DNA of 63,963 bases, filler included, from Lama guanicoe (Eukaryota): assembly GCA_013239625.1 (NCBI GenBank). It is 76 parts of 74 records of this genome, joined end to end, with 100 filler letters (N's around TTAATTAATTAA, not from the genome) between each part and the next. Parts side by side here need not be neighbours in the genome. Positions count along the whole stretch, not along the records: positions 50,337 to 50,810 come from PNXV01005329.1; positions 50,911 to 51,704 come from MU054087.1; positions 51,805 to 52,788 come from MU054089.1; positions 52,889 to 53,348 come from PNXV01005340.1; positions 53,449 to 53,929 come from PNXV01005341.1; positions 54,030 to 54,881 come from PNXV01005345.1; positions 54,982 to 55,898 come from MU054090.1; positions 55,999 to 56,769 come from PNXV01005349.1; 68 more parts are not named here. One strand, written 5' to 3'. The first letter of the stretch is position 1; each line of letters begins with the position of its first letter. Positions 50,237 to 63,725 of the stretch are shown in pieces. The position numbers and the translations under genes are program-made. Below the pieces are notes generated by a model. The model made no database searches and had not been told where the DNA came from. It saw only the letters and a program-made list of their open reading frames with translations.

Positions 50237-50336
50237 NNNNNNNNNNNNNNNNNNNNNNNNNNNNNNNNNNNNNNNNNNNNTTAATTAATTAANNNNNNNN
50301 NNNNNNNNNNNNNNNNNNNNNNNNNNNNNNNNNNNN

Positions 50337-50560
50337 AGTTTCTTTCCCTGTTGTCTTAGAATTTTCAGTATGCAGGTCTTTCACATCCTTGATTCAGCTT
50401 ATTGCTAGGTATTTTTTTGGATGCAATTGTAAATGGGATTTAAAAAATGTCTCTTTCTGTTTCATTATTAATGTATAGAAAGGCAACTGATTTTTGTGTA
50501 TTGATTTGTTCCTTGTAGCCTTACTTAAATGATTTATTAGTTCTAACAGGTTTTTGATGG
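50337..50560 (-). mobile_element. LINE-1 ORF2 fragment
   Basis: aggtctttcacatcctt, ggatgcaattgtaaatgggatt and gcaactgatttttgtgtattgattt. Confidence 0.85.
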
Positions 50561-50910
50561 TTTAATGTGGAAAACTAGAAAACAGAAGTCACCCTGTTTG
50601 GACTCCATCCAGGTCATCCACAGCACCTAAGACACAGTGGCTCCTAATCTTCCCACAGTGCCTCTAAGTTACATGTGGACTCCTGCAAGGGCGATGAGCA
50701 TCAGCACTTTGGGTGAACTGGATCGCATTAAGGGTGGGCCTTTATAGGGAAATCTGATGTTTTCTCTGCTTTTTTGGTGTGGTATTGACATGGTTGTTTT
50801 CAAAAGTAATNNNNNNNNNNNNNNNNNNNNNNNNNNNNNNNNNNNNNNNNNNNNTTAATTAATTAANNNNNNNNNNNNNNNNNNNNNNNNNNNNNNNNNN
50901 NNNNNNNNNN

Positions 50911-51560
50911 TGCAGGAGCCTCCCCACACTCAGGATACCAGAAAACTTCGTGTGTGTGTGGAGGTGGGGAAACAAAGCACACGCATTTTTCAGGGGGCAC
51001 AGTTATTCCCAAGTTGTGGGTTGTATGATAAACATCTCCACTTCCCATGGAGAGGCACATGCTGATACNNNNNNNNNNNNNNNNNNNNNNNNNNNNNNNN
51101 NNNNNNNNNNNNNNNNNNNNNNNNNNNNNNNNNNNNNNNNNNNNNNNNNNNNNNNNNNNNNNNNNNNNNNNNNNNNNNNNNNNNNNNNNNNNNNNNNNNN
51201 NNNNNNNNNNNATCCCAGGTGCTACTGTCTGTTGCAGGAGCCTCCCCACACTCAGGATACCAGAAAACTTCGTGTGTGTGTGGAGGTGGGGAAACAAAGC
51301 ACACGCATTTTTCAGGGGGCACAGTTATTCCCAAGTTGTGGGTTGTATGATAAACATCTCCACTTCCCATGGAGAGGCACATGCTGATACTAGGTTTTAG
51401 AGCCCAATCCCACTTTCAGCCAAACTCTGGCCTAGGAAAACCATCAGGGAAGACAAGCAAAGGGGTTCAATTAAAACCAAGACGCTGATGTCACTTGGAG
51501 GAACTACCACACCCTCAGGATTCTGGAATCCAACCTTGTGTGGTGGGGAGGTGTGGAGCC
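50911..51560 (-). repeat. Diverged relative of the 267-bp satellite (~263-bp period)
   Basis: ggagcctccccacactcaggatacc vs ggaacctccccacgctcaggattcc, and taggaaaaccatcagggaagacaagc vs taggaaaaccctcaggggagacgagc. CTCAGGA at 51251 and 51514. Confidence 0.78.
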
Positions 51561-54029
51561 CCAATCCACGCAGATGAATATGTGCTCAGGTGTTTCCCTT
51601 TAGGGAGAATTCCTCTAAGAACTTCCTCAGTCCATCGGAGGGTACTCGCTGCTAATTGGCCTCCAAGCCCAACCCCCAGCTTTCCCTCATGGCCCGGCCT
51701 AAGGNNNNNNNNNNNNNNNNNNNNNNNNNNNNNNNNNNNNNNNNNNNNTTAATTAATTAANNNNNNNNNNNNNNNNNNNNNNNNNNNNNNNNNNNNNNNN
51801 NNNNAGAGAGAATGACATGTCACTGGAAAGGAATTCGCTCACCTGCAGCAAATTTGCTCACCTCACCTTCTATCTGTCTCTCTCCCACCTGGACTCTAGC
51901 TGTAGTTGTTCTTAATTTAGTGAGTTTAGTTGACATATATAGACACAGTTAAAAGCATAGCACACTATAGGCTACCTTCTAGGGCTTACTTTTTTAATTT
52001 AACATAGAGTGTGTGATTCATCCATTTNNNNNNNNNNNNNNNNNNNNNNNNNNNNNNNNNNNNNNNNNNNNNNNNNNNNNNNNNNNNNNNNNNNNNNNNN
52101 NNNNNNNNNNNNNNNNNNNNNNNNNNNNNNNNNNNNNNNNNNNNNNNNNNNNNNNNNNNNNNNNNNNNNNNNNNNNNNNNNNNNNNNNNNNNNNNNNNNN
52201 NNNNNNNNNNNNNNNNNNNNNNNNNNNNNNNNNNNNNNNNNNNNNNNNNNNNNNNNNNNNNNNNNNNNNNNNNNNNNTGAGAATGTTTCATGAACCAAGA
52301 CATACAATGGATAATATTACATCATTATTGTTATGTAATCTTGTTATATTATACATTAATCATAATCTTACATTATTTGTTATGGGTTATATGTTATATA
52401 GGTGCATGAATTATATATTATGTATATAAACACCTACATATGTATTATATACTATGTGCTAATAAATAAACAACATAATATGCTAGTATATCTTCTATTA
52501 TGTATAATTTAATAAATAATATCATACTATATCCTGTTATATGACATGGCACATAATCTTTAGTAAAATAAGAAATCTGTCAATATACATTGGTAATTAA
52601 TAAAATTTTAAAAAAATGCCCACATCTTTTAACGCCGACACCACTCCATCTGTCACTATCTTTCCTCTTCCCTTTCATGGTCGTGGTCCTCATGGTGCTA
52701 TCCGTTCCCCCTCTCATCTCCTTATCCTGAACCTTCCTTCTCCTCCCTTTGCATGCTGGCTTCTGCCCCGTGGTCCCTCTAGTCACCANNNNNNNNNNNN
52801 NNNNNNNNNNNNNNNNNNNNNNNNNNNNNNNNTTAATTAATTAANNNNNNNNNNNNNNNNNNNNNNNNNNNNNNNNNNNNNNNNNNNNTCTCCACACAGT
52901 AAACAGGCACAGAGTGCTTGCTGGTTTTTTATGACAGTGGAGATACACACTGACGAAAAGAACAGAAAATAGATGTTAACTTGTTAATTATTATCTCTGA
53001 GTAGCGGGACCAGGATAGTCTCTTTTGCCCCTTTTTTCAAACTTATTATATTAAATGCATATTATTTTTCATCTGAAAAAATCATTTTTAGGTGTGTAGT
53101 ACCACGCAATGGAGAATAATACATGAATAAATGAATACTTACAGAAACAAGTAACTAGGAGACACAGCAGCAGCGCCACATAGTGTAGAACGGGTGATCC
53201 TGATTAACACCGCGCAGTTACATAAGGACCCACAGAGTGAGAGCACCTGCTGTAACAGGGAGCGGCCCCCTTCTATTTCTCTGTTGTGTCTTCAGGGCCG
53301 AGGCAGTTCTGAGCACGACCAGTGTCAGTGCTGGTGTCTGGATGGATANNNNNNNNNNNNNNNNNNNNNNNNNNNNNNNNNNNNNNNNNNNNTTAATTAA
53401 TTAANNNNNNNNNNNNNNNNNNNNNNNNNNNNNNNNNNNNNNNNNNNNTTCCAGTGATATTTGATGCAAAGAAAGGAGGAAGATGGTGAGTTCAAGCGTG
53501 GGCATAACAGATGTCAAGTAAATGTTCACCCGGCAGGTGGAAATCTGGCTGATACAACAGAAGCTTTCTAAGCAGTGGCCTCTTCAGCCAGCTGAGGCCA
53601 CGAGGTGGGTCTGCAGTCCCAGACCAGCACCGTGGGGCCCTCTCTTGGCTCGTGAATATTGAGCTGAGGGGCACCTCCCGTCTTCAGCATTATGCTCTGC
53701 TTGGAAGAATGTGACCTCTTTCTGAACTGATATAAAAGGGCTCTTCTGCTCTGAACAAACACCTGCAGTTCCAAAGGGCAAATGCTTGTGTGTACTATTG
53801 AACTAAACAAGTCACTATTAAAGAGAAAAAGCTCTATCACTGTCACTACACTCCCCCTTCCCAAAACACACTGAAGTTGTGCAAATATTGAATAATTTTA
53901 CCCCCTTATTGGTCAACTGAGAACCCAGTNNNNNNNNNNNNNNNNNNNNNNNNNNNNNNNNNNNNNNNNNNNNTTAATTAATTAANNNNNNNNNNNNNNN
54001 NNNNNNNNNNNNNNNNNNNNNNNNNNNNN

Positions 54030-54881
54030 GGTCTCACTTGCTTATTTTTGCTTTTATTTCTTTTGCATTAGGAGACTGGTATAAGAAAATATTCCTGTGA
54101 TATTTTACCAATATGGTATCACCTATATTCCCTTCTATCAGTTTTATATGATCAGGTCTTACATTTAAGTCCTTAATACACTTGGAGTTTATTTTTGTAT
54201 ATGATGTCAGGGAATGCTTTCATTTCACTGTTTTACATGTATATGTCCAGCTTTCCCAACACCAAACATTGACGAGACTGTCTTTATCCATTGTATACTT
54301 TTGCCTCTTTTATCATAGATTCATTGCTCATAGGTGTGTGGAAATGTTTCTAGGCTCTCTGTTTTTATTGATTATGTCTCTGTTTCAATGTCATGCTGAT
54401 TTTATTACAGTAGGATTTTAGTATAGTAAGGTATCTGGGAGGGTTGTATCTCCAGGTTTGTTGTTTTTTCTCAAGATCAATTGGACTATTTTTAATGATT
54501 TCATGTAAAACTTAGAGTTATTTTTTTCTGCTTCTTTGGAAAATTCTACAGCTTCATAACATTAATTTCACTAAATCTGTAGGTTTCTTTCTGTGTTACG
54601 GCCATGTTAACAATATGAACTCTTTCAATCCAAGGGCACAAGACATCTTTCCATTTCTTTGAATCATTTTTATATACTTTGTCAATGTTTTATTATTTTC
54701 AGTGTGTAGATCTTTCACATAGGTGGTTACATTTATTCCAAGATATTCCATGGAATGGGATTTTAAATACTATTGCTTTAAATGTCAGTTTTAGGGAATT
54801 TCATGATTAATGTGTAGAAATGCAAGAGACTCCTTTACTTTAAACTTGTACCCTGCTCCCTTACTGAAATTATTTATTATT
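54030..54881 (-). mobile_element. Decayed LINE-1 ORF2 fragment
   Basis: tcaggtcttacatttaagtcctt, gtccagctttcccaacacc and tttttctcaagat are antisense L1 ORF2 motifs. Confidence 0.9.
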
Positions 54882-56869
54882 NNNNNNNNNNNNNNNNNNN
54901 NNNNNNNNNNNNNNNNNNNNNNNNNTTAATTAATTAANNNNNNNNNNNNNNNNNNNNNNNNNNNNNNNNNNNNNNNNNNNNAGTACTTACAATATTTTAA
55001 TTAAAAAGACAATGATCCTGACCTAGGCTGCTTCAAGCATGAGCCCTGTGTCCAGCTCCTTTAACTTTACCTAGCTTGTGGTCTTAGCCACACTGGCTAA
55101 GCCTCAAATCTAACTTTTATCAAATAACAAAGAATTTTAACAGCTTGGCTCAGTTCCCTGCTACAGTTCCCTGCTCACACTAAACCTTTATTCTTCCTAA
55201 ATTATCTAAACAGGCAGTGCATAGATCAGGAAAATTTAATGGCCAATAAACATAAAATGCTCAATTTTTCTTTTTAATCAAAAAAAGAAAAAGAAAATTG
55301 ATGGAATATTATTTTTTCTGCCAATCAAATTGGCAACATTTTTTGAGACATATTTGAGATATAAAGAACTGCACATATTTAATGAGCTTGGTCAAAAGGC
55401 ACTGTTTCTATTATTCTAATTGTAATAGAAATATCAAGGCACCAAAAAGTAGAGATTAGCCAGACCATTATATTGCTCTTGTTTATGTAAAATCTGTGCC
55501 TGGCAAAAATAGTTATTAAATACTCTTACTGTGTTCACTGCATAAAGGTGGCACTTTTCAATTAACTAACCCGCCCTGGGCCCCAGAGCTAGCACNNNNN
55601 NNNNNNNNNNNNNNNNNNNNNNNNNNNNNNNNNNNNNNNNNNNNNNNNNNNNNNNNNNNNNNNNNNNNNNNNNNNNNNNNNNNNNNNAGTGGAAGGTGCT
55701 GAACCTATAAGCCCATGATTTACTATTTTAAAATAGTAAATCTGGGCAGAGTTGGGCCAATGTAGCACATCTAATAAGCCCTGCTCCCATTCACCATTTG
55801 AGATGTTGAAGTTAAAATAAAGCACATATGAAATCTGAATAAAGGGGCATCATTGAAAGCATGAGATTTTCAGACATCTGCCTTCCTCTCTCTACTTTNN
55901 NNNNNNNNNNNNNNNNNNNNNNNNNNNNNNNNNNNNNNNNNNTTAATTAATTAANNNNNNNNNNNNNNNNNNNNNNNNNNNNNNNNNNNNNNNNNNNNCA
56001 GGCAATAAGATTTTTCCATGCATGTTTGCATCCTGTTGCCAAGGCAAAAGTGTAGCACAGGCAGGCTGGTTTTAGACATGGGATAGTTGGGGTATCAGAG
56101 ATGCCTGCGGTTCACAGCTTCTTTGATAAATCAGGGTATGCATAACTGTATTCAAGGGTGTGTGCCTGACTCCAGGCTTTGTGTATAAAGATGACTGTGA
56201 ACGTTTGTGTCCATCCAGTATCATACATGTGACACGAAAGTCCTTGTGTAACCTCAGGACCTTGGGATCTGGCCTCTCGGTAGCAGAAGCCTTGCTTATT
56301 TTGAATTGCTGCTGTTCTCTCCCCTCAACTCCTTTTTCATAACCCAGATCTAGTTTCATTTAAGTTGAGTAAATACTTGCCAGAATTGACCTGGCTTATC
56401 TGCCAATGTCACAATCAAGCAGTTTTACAACAACAATTTACTGTCAGTCAGACCATTGTATACAAGTTCTAAAATTCCCTGGCTTATTGCGTATTAGTTT
56501 CTAGCTGTCAGTGGAGGACAGGTGGAGAGCCACAGGAGTGCCATACCCCTTCCTGTAGTGGTACCAGCTCCATTAACGTTATAGGTGGATAAGAGGCCCT
56601 TACTGAGCCAGAGAAGGCAACTCTCCATAGTGTCACTTCTTCACACGCGACATGTTTATGAGCATCACCACCTGAAAGAGACTCTGCTGCTGTAAAATCC
56701 TAGTTAGCTTAGATGGTGCAGTTGCATCATCTTAATGTGTAAGCCACGTCTCTCATTTCATAAGGTTAANNNNNNNNNNNNNNNNNNNNNNNNNNNNNNN
56801 NNNNNNNNNNNNNTTAATTAATTAANNNNNNNNNNNNNNNNNNNNNNNNNNNNNNNNNNNNNNNNNNNN

Positions 56870-57475
56870 TCTCTTGATGGACATTTAGGCTCTTTCCATG
56901 TCTTGGCTATTGTAAATATTGCTGCTATGAGTATTGGGGTACAGGTGTCTTTTTGAAGTAGGGTTCCTTCTGGATATATGCCCAGGAGCGGGATTCCTGG
57001 GTCATATGGTAAGTCTATTCCTAGCCTTTTAAGGAATCTCCATAGTGTTTTCCATAGTGGCTGCACCAAACTACATTCCCACCAGAGTGTAGGAGGGTTC
57101 CCTTTTCTCCACAGCCTCTCCAGCATTTGTCATTTGTGGATTTTTGAATGATGGCCATTCTGACAGTGATACCTCATTGTAGTTTTGATTTACATTTCTC
57201 TGATAATTAGTGATATGGAGCATTTTTTGATGTGCCTATTGATCATTTGTATGTCTTCCTTGGAGAATTGCTTGTTTAGGTCTTCTGACCATTTTTGGAT
57301 TGGGTTGTTCATTTTTTTCTTATTAAGTCACATGAGCTGCTTATATATTCTGGAGGTCAATCCTTTGTTGGTTTCATTTGCAAAAATTTTCTCCCATTCC
57401 GTAAGTTGTCTTTTTGTTTTACTTATGGTTTCCTTTGCTGGGCAGAAGCTTGTAAGTATCATTAGGTCCCATTTG
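56870..57475 (-). mobile_element. Relatively young LINE-1 ORF2 C-terminal (Cys-rich) fragment
   Basis: Minus-strand translation [38 protein letters not shown]...CTPILIAAIFTIAKTWKEPKCPS. Confidence 0.96.
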
Positions 57476-58104
57476 TTTTTTTTTTTAACATTTTTTATTG
57501 ATTTATAATCATTTTACAANNNNNNNNNNNNNNNNNNNNNNNNNNNNNNNNNNNNNNNNNNNNTTAATTAATTAANNNNNNNNNNNNNNNNNNNNNNNNN
57601 NNNNNNNNNNNNNNNNNNNCACATTGACTTGTTTCTTTGTTTCCATTGGTTTCTTTGTTTCCAACTTATTGCTTAAGCTCAGAACTTCAAGGGATCCTGG
57701 TCCTTCAGCATCCATGCAGAGAGAAGGCTGAGCGGGGGTGGGGACCCCACCTGACAGAGAAGAGAGATGGCTTGTCACCATGACATGAGACAATCACACC
57801 TTCCGGGGAGAAAGGGAACAAAGATAAGGGAGTGGAAGAGCAGTGGGACCCCTGGGTCACCTGCCAGGCTTGCTCTCCCTCCACGGCCACCCTGGGGGCC
57901 TGGGTGGTGTTACTACAGTGATTGAGGGGATTCAGGATAATGGACACTCCGTCTCCACACCGGGTTCCAAGCTCAGCCCCTCTATCTCTACGCTGAGTTT
58001 CTGGAACTCACCTGGAATAATACATGATCAGGCCAGACCCAGACCCCAAACACCACAAGGGTCACGTGGGGTTGTAACCCCATGCTCAGTGGTCGGGGTC
58101 TCCT

Positions 58105-58429
58105 TGTAATTCTGCAGAAATTCCTGTTCTGCCTCATTCCTGGGAGAAACCACACATTTCCTCATACTCTGTCTGTTCTACTCTTGAGGCTATTGTCCTG
58201 GAGGGATGCAGAGTCCTTGAACCTGGCCCTCCAAACGTACATAAGCAGCCTGTTCAATAAAACAAATTATGCACTTTTCCACATTTGCTAGTTTTTTGAT
58301 TCCAGAAAGGCTGCGNNNNNNNNNNNNNNNNNNNNNNNNNNNNNNNNNNNNNNNNNNNNNNNNNNNNNNNNNNNNNNNNNNNNNNNNNNNNNNNNNNNNN
58401 NNNNTCCCAGCTTGGGGGAGTGACCCACA
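58105..58429 (+). mobile_element. Possible ERV LTR fragment, gapped
   Basis: TG...CA bounds, TACATAA followed shortly by AATAAA (~58256), and a gacccaca end. No target-site duplication seen. Confidence 0.3.
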
Positions 58430-60315
58430 AGGACACAAGTGTTTGTGAGGATCCTGTACCCCAGCAGAAAGCCTACTCCTGGAGTCANNNNNNNNNNNNN
58501 NNNNNNNNNNNNNNNNNNNNNNNNNNNNNNNTTAATTAATTAANNNNNNNNNNNNNNNNNNNNNNNNNNNNNNNNNNNNNNNNNNNNGAGGAAATACTTA
58601 ACTCAGATTATTCAAAAGCATTTCCTGAAGGAAATAGGTTAATTATTTAACACTAAGTTTTGTTGAAACTGGTTATCAGTGAGCTATTTTTACCAATCAA
58701 GGAGAAGGATATATTTCCTAAATTGGTACTGAGCAATTCATGTTAAGTGAAACTTGCTCACATGAACTAATTTAAAGTAAAGGATGCATTATAGTATCTG
58801 TGGTCTGTTTATACCTTCACTTAAGTAAGCACATGGTTGTAGGTTCCAGTGAACCAAACTTTGCCTCCATGTATTTCTACTCTGGGCTAAAATATTTAGG
58901 GAATATATTTTGAATTATGTTTCCCTTGTTCGAAAACCAGGAATGCTGAATGGTAGCCAAGTTCGCGGGTGGCTTGTGTTTTCCTCACTGCCTCTTCTCT
59001 TGTATAATAAGGTGCCAGTTTCCTTCTTAATTTTTCATATAAAATCCTAACATACCAAAGATCTATCAATTACTCTTGCTGCACCAAAACCAAAACTCAT
59101 CCTCAAAAATTCATAGGAAGGGAAAAGAAAACTTATCAAAGTTAGCGACTGTTTTCATGCTATTTAAATATGTCTAAAGGAACATAATTAAATGAATTTC
59201 ACCTTAACTCACCTGCCTCCACCCCCCAATTCCATGTGGGTTTCTTGAGTAGGNNNNNNNNNNNNNNNNNNNNNNNNNNNNNNNNNNNNNNNNNNNNTTA
59301 ATTAATTAANNNNNNNNNNNNNNNNNNNNNNNNNNNNNNNNNNNNNNNNNNNNGCACTGCCCAGCCTCATCTGGTCTCCTCCCTGACCACATGGGCACAG
59401 AACAGAGCTCAAAGCCTGGCTCTTTCCTTTCTAATGCTGCCAGCCCCCAGAGAGCTTTCAAGTCCTCAAAGTCTGAGGTCTGGAATCCACTGTGCAGAAA
59501 GGTCTGGTCCCCAGTGTGGCTGCACAGCCTCCAGTCCAACCCCGATCCCCAGGGCACCCAGTGGGCAGAGAAGCCCCATGCAGCACAGCTGCTCTCACCT
59601 CCAGGGGGCAGCAAAGNNNNNNNNNNNNNNNNNNNNNNNNNNNNNNNNNNNNNNNNNNNNTTAATTAATTAANNNNNNNNNNNNNNNNNNNNNNNNNNNN
59701 NNNNNNNNNNNNNNNNGAACAACTAGTATGTGTCCTAGTGCATACCGACACCACTTGCTGAATTACAAACTGGGAAGCCCAGGTGGAGTTAGTGGCTCTG
59801 TCCAGAATTATCTCGTATCAGTGTTTTCACCAAGTGACACAGTAATCTATTCCCTTATCAGTCTGTCTTCTACATCACCTGCAGCATTCCTTAGGGTGGG
59901 TGGGAACATGGACCAGGGCCAGGCAGAGAAGATTCTCTAAGTGATAAATCTCACCAGGAGAGCACGTTGCCCTAGACCACACAACCGTGTGACCCAAGTC
60001 TAACACTCTCACTACACACTCCAGGATGATGTCCAAGAGACTGAGGGGAGGGAGGACACTGGTCTCACCAGGCCTGCTCAATTCCAGGGAGTAACAACTA
60101 GAGCACTAACCCGAGGCCAAGGGCTCAGTGCTCACCTATGTGTTTTATTCTATCCTCCCAACCCTGAGGTGGGTATTGCTACCCCCACTCTACAGGAGAA
60201 AAAAACAATCTCAGGNNNNNNNNNNNNNNNNNNNNNNNNNNNNNNNNNNNNNNNNNNNNTTAATTAATTAANNNNNNNNNNNNNNNNNNNNNNNNNNNNN
60301 NNNNNNNNNNNNNNN

Positions 60316-61416
60316 GATTTCCGTGTTCCAAAATCTGGCTTCAATAATCTCTAAGCTATATTTTATATTCTGTTTTCTACATTCTATATTCTAATTTATA
60401 TATTCAGTGTTATGTGTTTTATATTCTATATTCTGTGTACTACATTCAATTTTTTAATTGTTTTTTAAGTATTATGTATTCTATAATCTAAATTCTGTGT
60501 TCTGCATTCCATGTTCTTAATACTGGGTTCAGNNNNNNNNNNNNNNNNNNNNNNNNNNNNNNNNNNNNNNNNNNNNNNNNNNNNNNNNNNNNNNNNNNNN
60601 NNNNNNNNNNNNNNNNNNNNNNNNNNNNNNNNNNNNNNNNNNNNNNNNNNNNNNNNNNNNNNNNNNNNNNNNNNNNNNNNNNNNNNNNNNNNNNNNNNNN
60701 NNNNNNNNNNNTTCTAAATTCTATATTCAGTATTCTTTGTTCTATATACAAAATTCTGTGTTCTGCATTCCATGTTTAAATTCTGGGTGCTGTATTTTGT
60801 TTTCCATATTCTATATTCTGTGTTCTATATTCTATATTCTGTATTTTATATTCTACATTCCGTATTCTATTTTCTATATTCTGTGTTCTACATTCTCTAT
60901 TCTAAATTCTATATTCAGTACACTGTATTCTATATTCTAAATTCTGTGTTCTGCATTCCATGTTCTAAATTCTGTATTCTTTATTCTATATTCTGTGTTC
61001 TAATTTCTATATTCTAATTTCTATATTGAGTATTCTGTATTCTATATTGTATATTCTGTGTTCTGCATTCCATGTTCTCAATTCTATACACAGTATTCTG
61101 TATTCTATATACTTAATTCTGTGTTCTGCATTCCATTTTCTAAATTCTGTTTTCTGTATTCTTTTTTCATATTCTATATTCTGTTTTCTGCATTCTATGT
61201 TCTGCATTCTATATTCTGCTTTCCATATTCTATATTCAAGATTCTGTGTTCTACATTATATATTCTAAATTCTATATTCAGTATTCCATATGCTGTATAG
61301 AAAATTCTGTGTTCTGCATTCCATTTTCTAAATTCTGTGTTCTATTAACTATATTCTATATTCTATTTTCTCTGTTCTACATTCTATATTCTAAATCCTA
61401 TATTCAGCATTCTGTA
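60316..61416 (+). repeat. AT-rich heptamer satellite, gapped
   Basis: Tandem TTCxxxx 7-mers. Confidence 0.95.
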
Positions 61417-61516
61417 NNNNNNNNNNNNNNNNNNNNNNNNNNNNNNNNNNNNNNNNNNNNTTAATTAATTAANNNNNNNNNNNNNNNNNNNNNNNNNNNN
61501 NNNNNNNNNNNNNNNN

Positions 61517-62343
61517 GAATATAGAGTACACGATACAGAAAATTCAATATAGAATGTACAATGTACAACACAGTATATAGAATATAGATGCAGGATACAG
61601 AATATACAATGTTGAATACAGAATGCAGAAACCAGAATTTAGAACATGGCATAAAGAACACAATTAAGAATATAGAATACAGAATACAGTATATCGAATT
61701 TAGAATATAGAATGTAGAACACACAATATAGAATATAGAATAGAGAATACAGAACCCAGAATTCATAAAATGGAATTCAGAACAGAAAATTTAGAATATG
61801 GAATACAGAATACACCATATAGAATGTAGAATATAGAATGTAGAACACACAATATAGAATATAGAATAGAGAATACAGAACCCAGAATTCATAAAATGGA
61901 ATTCAGAACAGAAAATTTAGAATATGGAATACAGAATACACCATATAGAATGTAGAATATAGAATGTAGAACACAAAAATAGACTATAGACAGAGAATAT
62001 AAAACCCAGGGTTTAGAACTTGAAATTCAGAACACACAATTTAGAATATAGAGAAGAGAATATAGAATGTAGAGTATAGAATTTAGAAAACAGAATATAG
62101 AATATAGAATACAGAACCCAGAATGTAGAACATGGAATGCAGAACACAGAATATAAAATAAAGAACGCAGAATATGCAATGTAGAACACAGAATTTAGAA
62201 TATAGAATGCAGAATACAGAACACAGAATTAAGAACAGAACAGAGAATTTAGAATAAAGAGTACAGAACACAGAATATAAATTGAAGAATATAGAATGTA
62301 GAACAAAGAATATAGAATATAGAACATATAATACAGAATATAA
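61517..62343 (-). repeat. AT-rich heptamer satellite with a 126-bp tandem duplication
   Basis: attcataaaatgg at 61761 and 61887; aatgtagaacacacaat at 61711 and 61837. Confidence 0.95.
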
Positions 62344-63223
62344 NNNNNNNNNNNNNNNNNNNNNNNNNNNNNNNNNNNNNNNNNNNNTTAATTAATTAAN
62401 NNNNNNNNNNNNNNNNNNNNNNNNNNNNNNNNNNNNNNNNNNNCCCGACCCTTTACAGCTTCATCTGTACATTTTTTTCTCTGTTACAAAAATCACTTGA
62501 TAAAACAGTAGCAGCAGCTACCTTTAATTAATTGATCAGTTACTTGGGGCTCGAGTCCTGCTCTGGACTTTTCCTTGTTATGTCTGGTTCGAGGCAGGCA
62601 CCTAATTTTCAGTTAGGCATGAATTCATGAACACCCTGACCCACTCCTTCCGGAATACCTTGGAGAATTTGGTGACCCTGTGCAATCTGAGCTTCTCATA
62701 TGACATGCCTGCTTCTGTCAGGCTGTGTTGGGTCTCCTCTCCACTCTCCCCTGAGCTCCTTCCCCACCGGGCCTCCTGCGCCCCAGGCATACCTGCCACT
62801 TCCATGCCTCCAAGCCTGTCTCATGCATCTTCCTGCATTTCACCTTCTCATCCTTGAGGGTCCTGCTCTGTGGAGCTTTTCAGTCCCCAGACAGAGTGGT
62901 CCCCTGTTCTGCTCCCTAGTCCCCTCCTGCACCGTCAGGAGTCAGTGTCCTATGTCATGTGTCTGCCTCCCTCACCAGCCTGGGGCTCTCCTGAGAGCAG
63001 GGAGCATGAGCTACAGAAACACGGTCAGACTTAGCAGACATACATGGCTGTGTCTGTGACCAGAGGGCCCTGATTTTTTCCCCTCTGGTCCTCCATGTGG
63101 GCACTGATGGCTTCTCAGTGACCNNNNNNNNNNNNNNNNNNNNNNNNNNNNNNNNNNNNNNNNNNNNTTAATTAATTAANNNNNNNNNNNNNNNNNNNNN
63201 NNNNNNNNNNNNNNNNNNNNNNN

Positions 63224-63725
63224 TTTCTTATTGAGTCGTATGAGCTGCTTATATATTCCAGAGATGAAGCCTCTATCAGTTTCCTTTGCAAAAATTTTCG
63301 CCCATTCCGTAGGTTTTCTTCTTGTTTTACTTCTGGTTTCGTTTGCTGTGCGGAAGCTTGTAAGTTTCATTAAGTCCCATTTGTTTATTCTTGTTTTCAT
63401 TTCTTTAGGAGAAAATTTTTGAAATATATGTCAGATAATGTTTTGCCTATGTTTTCTTCTAGGAGATTTATACCTTTTCTTATGTTCAAGTCTTTGATCC
63501 ATTTTGAGTTTATTTTTGTGTATGGTGTAAGGGAGTGTTCTAGCTTCATTGATTTATGTGCTGCTGTCCAGTTTTCCCAACATCATTTGCTGAAGACACT
63601 GTCTTTATTCCATCATATATTCTTGCCTCCTATGTCGAAGATTAGTTGACCAAAAGCTTTTGGCTTCATTTCTGGTCTCTCTATTCTGTTCCATTGGTCT
63701 ATTTGTCTGTTTTGGTACCAATACC
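63224..63725 (-). mobile_element. Relatively young LINE-1 ORF2 fragment
   Basis: Minus-strand translation KTRINKWDLMKLTSFRTANET...PTEWAKIFAKETDRGFISGIYKQL; same subfamily features as 56870-57475. Confidence 0.95.

Noticed and set aside
50911..51389. Perfect 158-bp direct repeat (50911-51068 = 51232-51389)
   Set aside because: Identical copies flank an N gap in an otherwise diverged repeat. Most likely overlapping contig ends left unmerged by the scaffolder.
53492..53864. Possible minus-strand exon after a ctgcag acceptor near 53762
   Set aside because: None of the three frames resembles a protein I recognise, and there is no supporting donor site or codon pattern.
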